Shown here in pieces: positions 24,701-36,993 of a stretch of 64,000 nt of DNA (positions are counted from its first letter, which is position 1; each line of letters begins with the position of its first letter). A program made the translations under genes and the position numbers. Origin of the DNA: Paragordius varius (taxonomy: Eukaryota; Animalia; Nematomorpha); the NCBI GenBank assembly GCA_964247055.1, contig OZ176055.1, forward strand, positions 9,486,001 to 9,550,000, written 5' to 3'. The notes beneath the pieces were generated by a model, which was not told the DNA's origin, ran no database searches, and was given only the letters and a program-made list of their open reading frames with translations.

Positions 24701-27700
24701 AGCAAATGTGATTTTAGTTGATTATTTTTATAATGATTTATGAGAGCAAAAAAAAACTATCCATTTAGCAGATGTAATAAAATTTAAATTATAAAAGTGG
24801 TTGTACGGAAGTATTTATCGTAGTTTTTTTACAAATTTGACTATTGATGTAAAAATATTCATAAAATTTTAAGAATTTAAAAAAAAGTGTGGTTTTATTA
24901 TGGTTTTAATTTAATATATTAATATTATAGGAGCGAAAAAACTATCCATTTAGTAGTTATAATAAAATTAGAAAGAGTGGACAATCGGGGTGATTGTAGT
25001 TTTTAAACAAAAAGTAATATATTCATAGATACAAAAATATTATTAAAGGGGTATATATTTATAATAATATGGCACTTTTTTAAAGTTTATTAAATATTTT
25101 AACTAAACTTACTATAGTAATAATTTTATTAGAGCAAAAATAATTATAAATTGCGTTAGTGGTCAAAATTTTGAAAGGATGGTATCCATTAAAAACGTTA
25201 GAGAAAAGTTTAATATTTTCAAAAAAAAATGTGTTGTCTAAGAAAAGTATGAATTTCAAGCGACATAAGTATATAGATTTAATAGATTTGTTTGAATATT
25301 GATATTAAATTCAAACAAGGAAAAAGCTATTTATGGAATTTAATTAATTTCGAATAATATATACCATTTACATATCAACTTAATCCTTGAACAATTCAAA
25401 TTCACCCTAAAATAAATTATCCTTTTAGAAATCGCCGATTATTTATATTTTTATAAAAAATAAAATATTGTTTAAAATTAAAATAATAGTGAAAAAATAA
25501 TAAACTATGCCATAAAGATATATTTCATGTTAATGATGAGTTATATAAGCCGAAAAACACATTATTTATTTTTAAGGTGAATCATTTGAATTGTTCAAGG
25601 GTGAAATTAAATTATAAATGGTATATAAATTATAGAGCTATATATAAATTTTTGAAGACCATAGTATGAAAGCGAATTAGTATATAAAAAATAACCGCAA
25701 TTAAAAATTTTGGCATAAATATTCCAATTTATGACTATAGACGTGTATGGCAAACACGACAAACATATTAAATTTGAACTTAATTAAAAGTTGGACAAAA
25801 AAGTTATTATAAGGCCTAATTAAAACATCATTAAGTCATATAAACACTAAAATTGTTGTATCAAAAAACCATATTTCCGCAGATATGCGCAGCATTGTTG
25901 ATAAATAAAAAAAATTAAAATCTCAAAAATATTTAAGAAAAAAACATTTTTTAGAGAAAAAAACTATAAATTAAACCGTGTGAAATTCCTAATGCCAATT
26001 GTAATAACAATTTCCATTTTGTAACCCAAAACAATGAATTAAGTTTAAAAAAAATAGGGTTTAAAAAGTATGTTTGTGCTTTTTCAAAAAATTTGTTTAA
26101 GAATTTTTATAAGATAAATTATTTCACTTTTTTTTTATTAAAAAGTTGAAATTACCTTATTTCCACCCTGATCCACATACCGTGCTGTGTTATTATAAAC
26201 TCTCAACATGGGTAATAAACCGTTAGAAACTCCATTGGTCCCTGCAATATAACTCCCTGAAGCACGTATGCAATGCACATTAAGGCCTATAAAAAATTTA
26301 ATATATAGGAAAAAAATTAGCAAAATTATAATAAAAAAGATATATATAGTAACTTTTTACTGGATCTTGACGAGAAAAAAGAGTAAATTATAAAATACAG
26401 ATTATAAAATAGGGATTGAATGTCTTTTTTTTAAAAAAAACTCTGAGAGATAGATAACAGCCCAAAGTTTGATAGACTTGAAATTATATTAAAGTACAAC
26501 TTTAATATGGTCTAAAATTGCAGTCCTCCCGTTTAAGTTTTTAATTTAATTTTAAAACAAAATTATAACAATCTTTTATAAATTAACATGGATAAAAAAA
26601 TGAAAAATATAAAAAACTCAAATTTTGCGCACAGGAAACGTCAGGAGTTATTTAAAAAATTACTAAATATAAAAGAAAAATGAAGTAAATATATAGTAAT
26701 ATGTAAATTAATAATAAAACAGTATAAATACCTATTCCACCCGCAGATTTGCTAATAAGGGCACATTGTTTAAGCGTATCGTAAATGCCTTCGATTGAAT
26801 CCTCTCTCATAGTGAGCAAAAAACAACTATAGCAATAAGGTAGAAATTTAAATTATAAAGACAAAATCCTAAAACTAAAAGACCAATATTTTTACAAAGA
26901 AAACAGTATTTATTAATTCTATAAAACCGATGAATTATAATCTTGAGTATGTTGCCAATTTACACCGTTATTCCTTATTGTGCTAATTTAAGGCAATAGA
27001 ATATACCATTTACAGTTTTTAAATCTTCCTTTCACAATTCAAATTCATCCTAAAATATTTATGTGTTTAAAAAAAACACCTATATTTTTTTATATTTTTA
27101 AAATATAAAATTTTGTTTAAAATTAATATAATACAGAAAAAATAATTAACTATGCCATTAAAATATATTTCGTTTTAATGATGAGTTATATTAGCCCGAA
27201 AACACATAATTTATTTTTAGGGTGAATTAAATTATAAATGGTAATTATAAGAATAAATTAGGGTTTTAATAATATCTTAAAAAGTTTTAGTTGTTTCTTT
27301 TAGTTGTTTCTTTTTAACTGTAATATCAATAAATAGATTTGGGAATAAAAAAATTTATCTAAAGGTATAATCGAATCAAATTGTTTTATAAAAATATACA
27401 AAAAAATAACCTTGATAATTGGGGCCTACATGTGCCCGAATTAAAGAGGGTAGGTGATGCGTGAGTAAAATATTTTCGAGACATAAGTTCATAAGTTTTT
27501 AACGCTGATTTAACATCAGAACCGTGGATGCCTATACTAACTCGCATAAGCATATGCTGAGGTCTTTCCACAACTTTCCCATTAATTTTAAGGAGGTAAG
27601 ATCGTTCTAATGTCTAAATAAAAAGGGTTTTTTTTATAAAAGTAATAAAAAAATATATTACATATTTATCTAAAAAACATACCTTAAAGCCAAAATAATT

Positions 27701-28311
27701 GTAACTATAATCACGGTCATAAACAATAGCTGAATCCAATGTTTCAGCATTGGCCTGAATAATTTGATATACAGAATGAGAGATCATAGGAGAAGGTAAA
27801 TTGTTTTTCGGATTTACATAATTGTACAAATCTGACATTGTTTCTACAAAGATATGAAAAAATATATAATAAACAACAAAGTTAATATAGCTTTTAAATC
27901 TAAATAATCGCTCAATTAAAAAGTAGTTTCAAAAAAATATTCGAAATTGTGGTATATAAAGTGGTTAAAATGCAATAAAATGAGTATGTTTTACGAGTAA
28001 AGCTTTTGTTAGTTTCCTTATGCAGATTTGATATGGCAATTCTCGCCGCTAAAATAGCATAATCTGGATGTTTGGTTGTCATGGTAGCGGCCGTTTCTGC
28101 AGCTAAATTATCCAATTCCATAGTTGTGACGCCTGGGTACAACCCATTAACCACTTTTTGGGTTATAAGGGAAGGAAAAAGATAATCCAAATCCAAACCA
28201 TAGCATAGCTTTGTTATCCGTGAGGTAATTTTATCAAACATGATGTCTTGTTGCAATCCATCTAAAAATCGGTTAAAAAATAGACAAAATACTTCGCTTG
28301 ATAACAAACAT
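18721..28311 (-). CDS. RRM1: Ribonucleoside-diphosphate reductase large subunit (class Ia), complete, 15 exons
   Basis: Exons (minus strand): 28311-28293, 28261-27995, 27843-27683, 27613-27411, 26826-26732, 26286-26156, 24640-24399, 23708-23566, 22933-22875, 22594-22430, 21552-21328, 20934-20716, 20328-20233, 19648-19460, 18999-18721. ATP cone [25 protein letters not shown], catalytic SNLCTEI and [28 protein letters not shown]-terminal CLMC shuttle cysteines. Confidence 0.96.
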
Positions 28312-28312
28312 A

Positions 28313-30139
28313 CAAGTAAACAAGTAAACAAGTAAAGGGTGTAGCGTCGGAAGATCGTCGGCCACCTGCCGTCAAGGCAATCCCTACCCACCCGTAATGC
28401 ATTGAGCTTCAGAGCGGGGAAACACATCGGAGGTTGGGGTTGACGTTAGTATCTACATACATAAATAAATGCCTTCATGTTAGATGTGTTAATGGGAGTT
28501 AGTATAGTTAATAAGCTATATATATATATATATATTTTAAAAGAAATGTTAATATCGCCTGGTTAGGTAGGTAAAAGCAATATTTAAGTTTAAATAACCG
28601 TACAAACAGGGTTTGATTATTCCAGAAAGTAATGTCAAAGGTCTATGTCGGGTCAAATGTAGAGTTAATTTTAAGCTCTTATCTTTGGTGTGGAAGAGGA
28701 TCTTCTTTTGCTTCTAAATGAGTGTGGCCTTTAGGTAAACCAATTTTGGAGATCTTAGACATTACAAGCGTCAACGTTACCCCTTCGTGCGACCATGTTT
28801 CAGTTGTACCTTCAACTGGGACGCTAACCCGGGATAAGTGGTCGTTGAGCTTGGTCTGAGCTAAGTCTCAACTCCGACCAACAGAGATGTCGGAGATTGG
28901 TAACCAGCCCTGCTCAAATATCAGCGGCTCCAACATTGCTTCCCAGGACGTCGTCCCACAATAATTGGCTAATAGTCTACTCAGAGTCGCGTCTTGCATG
29001 CTTTATACATTCAGTGGTACATTTTGTTCGTGGGATATCTGTGGGAAGCAGTCTATATTCTTAACTAACTGTATAGGTGTTTACCATTCACAGAGGGTGT
29101 TGTAAATATTACATGAATACTAACTGACTTTAACAGAGCGTTGTAAAATAAAAATTTATACCTTAAATACATGAATACTAACTGACATTAACAGAGCGTT
29201 GTAAAATAAAATTTATACCTTAATTACATATATACTAACTGACATTAACACAGCGTTGTAAAATAAAAATTTATAACTTAATTACATCAATACAGACATT
29301 AACAAAGCGTTGTAAAATAAAATTTATACCTTAATTACACCAATACTAACTGACATTAACAGAGCGTTGTAAAATAAAAATTTATAACTTAATTACATCA
29401 ATACAGACATTAACAAAGCGTTGTAAAATAAAAATTTATACCTTAATTACACCAATACTAACTGACATTAACAGAGCGTTGTAAAATAAAAATTTATACC
29501 TTAATTACACCAATACTAACTGACATTAACAGAGCGTTGTAAAATAAAAATTTATACCTTAATTACATCAATACTAACTGACATTAACAGAGCGTTGTAA
29601 AATAAAAATTTATACCTTAATTACACCAATACTAACTGACATTAACAGAGCGTTGTAAAATAAAAATTTATACCTTAATTACATCAATACTAACTGACAT
29701 TAACAGAGCGTTGTAAAATAAAATTTATACCTTATCCAGCAGTGGGAATTAACCTTAAAATACTACCGACTTCGCAATAGTACCATCCAATCTGGAGGAG
29801 CAAAGTATCCGGTTCAAAGAGAGTTGAATATTGGTAATCAGTCCTCAAATATCAGCGGTTCCGATGTCATCGTCATATAGCTGGGAAGTTTTGCGTGGGT
29901 TTCCAACGAGATAGGATTAGTAACTCCGGCGCGTTTTCTCGTTGAGCTTAAAAGTGATCGAGGTTTTCGGGGTATAATCGTAATCGCGTTCATCAGCGCA
30001 GCTTCAAAAGCTCAGTTGGCCACAGTTATTGAAGTTTCGGTAAATTTTAAAGATCGGAGTCATTAAATATTTACAGTCATTGTTCGATTCTAGCCTGGGG
30101 AGGATGTTGCGTCAGCCGGTGCCATACATCAAAAAGTCC
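28313..30139 (-). mobile_element. 1.83-kb GC-richer non-autonomous element with a central tandem array, directly against the RRM1 start codon
   Basis: Base composition shifts abruptly. (CAAGTAAA)3 at 28313-28336. TAACAAACATA occurs at both 28302-28312 and 30140-30150. Central 58-bp array. The class (retroposed element versus Helentron/DINE-1-like) and the right boundary are uncertain. Confidence 0.6.
29105..29733. repeat. Tandem array, 58-bp unit, 11 copies
   Basis: Unit TTAATTACATCAATACTAACTGACATTAACAGAGCGTTGTAAAATAAAAATTTATACC; GCGTTGTAAAA counted 11 times. Two shortened variant units (TACAGACATTAACAAAGCG) occur in a duplicated dimer. Confidence 0.97.
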
Positions 30140-30879
30140 TAACAAACATATCGGAGCTTGCCGCCTTTATAAGCGAATGAACCAAAGATGTATGATAATA
30201 TAAAAAGTGAGTGATAAATCACCATTATAATTTATTGGTATAAGAGTTTTAGTCAAGAAATAGCAAGAAAATAAATTAGGGTTTAATTGATTATATAGAA
30301 AAAAATTAGGGGACTAGATATAGCTGGTTTTGTGGATCTCAGTATACTGTAAAAAAAAACATTTTTTTTATTTATTTTATTTTTTTTATTTTGCAAAACA
30401 GCGTCTCACATCACCCACCATTGTAAGTTAGACAAAAATTGAAAATGAAGTTTCGCAGTGATTTGATTATAAAAAAACATTTTTATATAGCTTGAAGCCA
30501 AATTTAGGAAAGAGTAGATAGATATATCAGGATTATCATTGTGCTTTTGATTTTGGCCCTTACGAGTAAAGAAAAATTATTATCACATTTGTGGTAACTG
30601 CTCCAAATCGGAAAATGGCCAATATCCCGATATTTTATTTAAAAAATTTATTTAGTGAAAGCCAAATGCTTATTTCCAAAAAAATAGAGTAAAAGTAAAA
30701 CAGATTTTATAAAAATTTGGTTTTTTGTGAGCTCAGGAATTCTCGATTTTTTGCCAATTTAAAATAAATTAGTTTTGTAAAGCGCAAATATACTCAAACT
30801 GCCTAAATAAATTAAATTATATGCATTTAAATATCAATCAAAAATATTTTAAAAATAACATATTTTTAAATTAATTTTT

Positions 30880-32470
30880 AGCAAAATTTTGTTCCTACTT
30901 TATACGAAAAAGGGACAATAAAATGATCCATTTATGTGGATTATTTCGAAACATTTACGAATTTACCTTTTTATGGGTAATATTTAAAGCCTTTATTGAA
31001 CTCGTATGACTTCTTAAGTTTTTTAAAAATTAGCTCCAAAGCCACGCCATTTTTGTATGGCCCCTACCCATAGGCCTTTATAGAAAAGCGCTAAGTTAAA
31101 TTTTTGCCTTTTAGGGAAGTTTGGAATCATCAAGAGACTATCGTCTCATGAGTTATTCGAAAAAATACCTCAATACTAAATAATTGTTATATAGTGGCGT
31201 ATTTTTAGGGCCTAAAGGCCCCAAATTAACAGCTAATAAAAAAAGACCTGACCCTATATTTTTCCTAGTTACCGGTAATATTTCGAACTTTAAAGCCAAT
31301 GGCATAAGTTTTAAATTGTTCCAAAACAACGCAAGTTCTATATAGTGGCACAGTTTTCGGCGGGTAGCTTCTTACCCAGAGGCAGGGTTAAAAAAGCCTC
31401 GGGAAATATTTTTGTCTTTATGTGGGGAATATCTAGAATTATCATGGATTCCATATGTTATTATAAGTTCCTAGAATTATTGTTTCAAAACCAAAAAATT
31501 ATTCTATGGCGGTGAATATTTCAGGGCGTAAAACTTTTCTTAGCGACTCATTGATATAACCACCTATACTAAAATATTTTTTAGGGGTAATAAATATTTT
31601 AGGCCCTTATTGAACCCACATAGTCTCATAAGTTTTCTGAAATTTGGCTCCAAAGGCATGCTGTATCGATATAGTGACGCATTTTTACGCGGTTAGCCCC
31701 CTACCCAGAACCTATTTAACCGCTAATTTAAAAAAACCGCTCGACTTAAATTTTTGTCTTTTTACGGGTAATATTTCAAGCCCTTATAAAACTTATATGT
31801 CTTGATCTGAATTAACTCCTAAACAACGCAATTTTGGTATGGTGGCACAGTTTAAGGCGGGTAGCTCCCTACCAGAGGCCAATATAAAAACGACTTTTGA
31901 TAATATTTTTTTTCTTTATATGGGAATACCTGGAATCATCATTCAGTCCATATGCTCTAATAGTTTATGGAAGAATTGCTTCATAATTAAATAATAATTC
32001 AATGATACCGGATTTTTTAGGGCTGAAATGGCCTATCTAACCGCTAATTTAAAAAAACCGCTTGGCTAAATTTTTGCCTGTTAAAGGGAATACCTGAAAT
32101 CATGATTGATTCCATATGCTCTAATTAGTTTTTGGAAAATTGCCTCGAAATTTAAAAATTATTCTATGGCGGCGCATTTTTCAGGGCGTAAAGGGCCTAA
32201 TTAACGGCTAATTATAAAACATCGCATGATCCAAATTTTTGCCTTGTTGCGGGTAACATTTAAACAGCCATCGAACACATATGGCCTGCCCCAAAGGCAC
32301 GCTATTTCGATATGACGGGTCAGTTTTCAGCGCCTATATCCTTACCCAGCAGCTATAATCAAGGAAACGCTTAACTAAAATGTTTGCCTTTTAACAGGGA
32401 TTACCTGGAATCAATATTGAATTTTTACGGTCTCAACCTTGGGCGAAAAATAGTTTCAAAAATTTTTTTT
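30880..32470. repeat. Diverged satellite, units of about 150-170 bp, two interleaved subfamilies
   Basis: About 10 units, each starting AAATTTTTG(C/T)CTT..GGG.AAT. Type A carries TCCATATG..ATTCTATGGCGG..TTTCAGGGCGTAAA. Type B carries GCTCCAAA..GTGGCACAGTTT..GGGTAGC..CTACCCAGA. Confidence 0.7.
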
Positions 32471-34326
32471 GCACTTAATTTTTTGAAAAAAATGGCATTT
32501 TACGGGGGGGGGGGGGCGGTAAAAGGAGGGCCTAAATTAAAAAAGCGAGCCGATCATGTTCGGCACAATCGAAAATAAGTTTCAAAAATCATATTTGAAA
32601 TCGAAAGGTCGAACACGTTTTCCGGAAAATTGTCTCAAAAACACGATTTTTGTAGATTTTTTCTTTAAAAAAAACCGTTTTTTACACGGGGTGGACCCGA
32701 ACAGGGGGCCTAATTTAGAAAAGGATCGAAGCTATTGTCGACACATTCATTAATGATTATATTTTTGTGATATTTGAATTTGAATGGGTCTACCGGTTTT
32801 GCGGAAACAGATCACAAGTCACCACTTTCCATTTTTATAAATATATAGATTCCGATAATGCTAAACATTTTTGTCGCTTTAAATTTTAAATTTAAAGTTC
32901 GGTTTTAGGAGAATTTTGGTAAATACTATTATTTGATAAATTTAAGACAAACAAATCAAATTATAATTTTATTATATCATAAAGTGTTCTTATACCGTTC
33001 TCATCATGCCTGCAAATACTAGGAAGCACGCAATAAAATATCGCTAAATATTAAATTTAGATAAGTTTACATTTTTTATAAATATTTTTAGTCGATATAA
33101 AAATTTACCATTTTCGAATTTATCGCAATGTCGGCATATAAACGTAGCTTATTTTGGAAGAACAAAAAATTTTTTAGCTGAGCCCACATCTCAATATCAT
33201 ATTGAGTTTTTTGTATACAGTTTTTTAGTGATATTTTTTGGAATAAAGTAGGTTTTCAAGTATTTAAAAAATGTGTGCGAATTTGCTATACTTTAATATG
33301 GAGCACTTAGCACAAAAACATAAATGACTTTCTTATATTTCATGTAAGGGTCATCCAAAAGCAAAATGAAATTCATGATTCATTTAGCTATAGAATGTAC
33401 ATTGTGGTATTCTCAGTGCATTGGTGAAATATTTAAAAAAAATTTTTATACTCCAATAGAGTTATATGATCCAAAAACCTGTTTCAGATCCATTAATTTT
33501 ATATTTTTAGGCGAGGCGTGCTTAGCTGCCGAGCTTCAGAAAAATAGTTGAACTATTCGTATAAAATTTAAATCCATATATGAAAATGAAATCCCCGACT
33601 TTCGGACACATGCCTTACATTCAGAACTTTTAATTTTAAAATCGTATGTTTAAATGGCTTGGGGCTGAGTCAGGGTATTCAAACAATGGCTAAAACACCC
33701 TCGGAGCCTCTGCATCAAATTTTTTTATATTTTTGAATTGCGTATCCGTTGTTCGGAATATTGCTTCAAATAATATTCAAAAATCACTATATTTACTCGA
33801 GAGTGGACTAAACTGATAAATTTTAAAACGATTCGTCCTACAGAACATTTAATAAATAAAAATTTACTATTAAGCAATATGCCTACATTTTTTCCGGATA
33901 GTCCTGCAGAAAATTCTTAAGACACCTCCTAATTTCAAAAGCAATTGAAAAAATATCTCATTCACCTTGTCGCACTTATTAAAATTCAAAAAATGGATTA
34001 TTAATATTAGATGATTTCCAAAATATTTCTTAAAGACATTAATAAAACATTATTATTTAAAAAGTGGATTAATGAGCTTAGTCCAATCGGCATCACGAAA
34101 AAAGAAATTGTTTTACATATCATTAAAATATAATATAAACTACAATATAGAAATTAAAACTAAATTTTTAATTTTAGATGTGGGTTCCAAAGGTCTTTCC
34201 CCCTGTCTTAATAAAAAAATGCAAAAATGCCTTGCTTGCGCTATCAGAATTATGAATATATGCTAAATATTACACTGTGTGCAAAAATATTTTTAACACT
34301 ATGTACAATACAACCATTTTAGTCCT

Positions 34327-34860
34327 TCGATTCAAATTGGGGTAGTTAAATACCCCAGGCATGTTTAAAATTAAATTCCTCAAAAAATATGGAAGGAATC
34401 GCAACCATGGCAAAATCTTGCACTTATATAACATTAATAAACCGAAATATATAAAAAAATTTATTCAAAAATACGTGATATTACTTATTTTAAGCTAAAA
34501 CCGAAAAGTTAATTACAACCAGACATGCGTGCAATGGAAAAATTGAAAAATAATACAAAATAAACAGCTTTTTCTATTTCTATCAATGTTAGATGTAATT
34601 TAAAAAAATACCTTTAATTATACCCTTAAAATAAATTAAGACGAGATTTTGCAAAAATTTTCTAAAATAAAAACATCGAAGTAGTTTAACATGGAACTTT
34701 TTTTTCAAAACAAAATTTTATTTAAATATTTTAGCATATTCATATAATTTTTATTAGAATAAAAGCATAAATTTAAATTTGGACCGTTTCCTTTAGTAGT
34801 TTTTTAAAAATCCTAACTTAAATTTAGTCTGGGGTATTTAGATACCCCAATTTGAATCGA
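34327..34860. mobile_element. About 534-bp element bounded by 32-bp terminal inverted repeats (possibly piggyBac-type)
   Basis: Left end TCGATTCAAATTGGGGTAGTTAAATACCCCAG (34327-34358) matches the reverse complement of right end CTGGGGTATTTAGATACCCCAATTTGAATCGA (34829-34860) at 30 of 32 positions. TTAA lies a few bases beyond the right end; the left side is degenerate. Confidence 0.75.
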
Positions 34861-36993
34861 ACTGTTAACAAAATAATTTTTTTTCATAGCTTATCCTCAG
34901 CGTATTTTTAAATTTTTTTATTTGTTTACGACCTATTTTTTAAATATTAAGAGAAAATCGAAAGCAGACAAAATGATATAATAATGGATAATTAGGGATT
35001 TTAAAAAAATAATGATAAAAGTTGAGGTATCATGGTTTATTAATAGAGAGATAATTTTAATATATAAATGGCCTAAAATTATATAGTTTAGGGTCTATAA
35101 AATGTCAGTTTAAAATATGGCGTTTTTAAAAAAAATTTTTTACATCACCATAAATTATTATTTTTAATTATTTACTAGAACTCACTATTAAAATCTTAAC
35201 ATTCATATTTTATTCAGTAAAAAAATTGGTATATCAAAATAAAATTAAAAATATAGGAGAAAGAATATATCTTTGTAAATTCTGCCAACGGAATAAACAA
35301 ATTAAAACATATAGTAAATATATTGTTGTAGTAATTTTACAATCATATGATTGAAATGTAATAAAAATATGTTAAATTTTAATATTATTAATGTGGCACG
35401 CCGATTCTTGGACTAATTAATGCGGATCGAGAAGCAATTTTTGCTGGACAGCTCTGATCTAATATTGTATAAACATCTTCCCATTATATTTGCAACTGAA
35501 CTCCAAACAAAATAAGTAGTGTGGTAAAATAATGGACAGTGTTTAAGTTTCATCATTCCAAAAATTATTACCAGGTTCACAATTTAGAACTCTATATATT
35601 AAATAAGATACGTGCCAGTGAGTTAGAAAAATTCAATAAATGCATATTGTATTTATTGTTTATCATTTTGTGCCTTATTTCATAAATTTTGCTGAAAATG
35701 ATCAAAATGTTTCCATAAAATTTGAATTGGGTGGCAAAAAACTGTTACATTCATAAGCAAAAGACTTGACTTAAGTGTTTTATTTATCACCGATCTTCAA
35801 GTGTACACTTGCTGGCTTAAGTAATCTTGCTCAACTTGCCACGCTTGGCTTACAAGTCAAGTGCGACTTTTTTATCACCCCACCCTATAAATAATACAAA
35901 TTTTTTAATATCTAAGTTGTATGAGGTAATTTTCAACAAATTGCGATATAAATTTTTAAGTAAATATTCGTTTTTTCGATAAATTTTTTTATTGCTTTCA
36001 TCATTTATCAATATTAAAATTTATTTATACATGATTTTTTATTACTTAAAATAATCTTTGTCAAATGAAATCAAAATTTAGCATATACGTAAATTTTAAA
36101 TGCGCAATCTCAGCATTTTGAGTTTTCAGAGAAGCCCCTATGACTTAATGAGCCCACGTGTATCTAAATTTCATAAAAAGATTTTTATGTTTAAATATAA
36201 TTTATGATATATAATAAATGAAACATTTAGTTTTCGCCAAAAAATTTTTTTTACTAAAATGCTCGCTATTTTGCGATTTTCTCGACTAAAGTGTAACCTT
36301 TTTAAATCAGTCGTAAAGCCTAAAACCAAAATGACTTTGAGGATTCTGAGACATTCGTTTCTAAGAATATATATTTCATCATGTCATATATTTGTATGTA
36401 CTTGCATATATATAAATATTTTCGGTGTAAAAAAAGCATTTGATATTTAATGGCGCGACTCGGATTAATGCATAAAATTAGCATATAAGCGCAAAATTTT
36501 GCAATGGTTTGAATTTATTCTATCTTATATTACTTTGAAAAGTTAATTAAAAGGTCTAAAAATTTAGAGGCATTACATATAAAATTGAACCAAAAATTTT
36601 TAAAAAATAAAAAAATATTTGCCAACATCTCCAAATGTGTGGCTATTTGTTTTAACTTTAAATGTTCCCAATTTAAATTATTTAATTACTTTACAATACC
36701 AGGATAGTCCAACAAAAAAAACTTCTCGGGCCGCATTTAATAAAAATCCGACGGGTCGCATTTGCAGAATATATATGGATATTTTAGTTTCAACCATAAT
36801 AATACCAAACCCACTGTTCTTTTAAAAAATTATGCTAGTTCATTGCCGAAATTTGAAAAAATTTGTCCAAAAAATATATTTAACATATATAAAAATCTAT
36901 ACTCGAAAATTAATTTTACCTAATGATTATATGACACTATTAAATGATCTTATGGAGAATATTTTTCATCCCTGGATTTAAAATGAATTTGTA

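Noticed and set aside
27912-28427. ORF-track N-terminal extension of RRM1 (MCFPALKL...)
   Set aside because: It is read-through of the 31-nt first intron, exon 1 in another frame and the adjacent element. The spliced start MFVIKRNG matches the conserved RRM1 N-terminus.
28869-28871. In-frame TGA in the element's decayed frame as evidence of a variant genetic code or selenocysteine
   Set aside because: Host genes use TGG for Trp throughout and no conserved exon needs TGA read-through. A single stop in a relic is ordinary decay.
29105-29733. 58-bp array as a CRISPR array
   Set aside because: Units are contiguous with no unique spacers, there are no cas genes, and the context is eukaryotic.
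30166-30171. TATAAA (minus strand) just beyond the distal 11-bp duplicate, as the displaced RRM1 TATA box
   Set aside because: It is only 16 nt from the duplicated ATG, too close for canonical spacing, and the hexamer is common in AT-rich DNA.
32384-34266. Short ORFs of 61-65 aa in the repeat nest
   Set aside because: They overlap satellite or transposon-derived sequence and show no protein motifs.
35390-35640. GC-richer patch that might be a transposase or helicase remnant
   Set aside because: All frames close within about 25 codons and I could not assign a motif.
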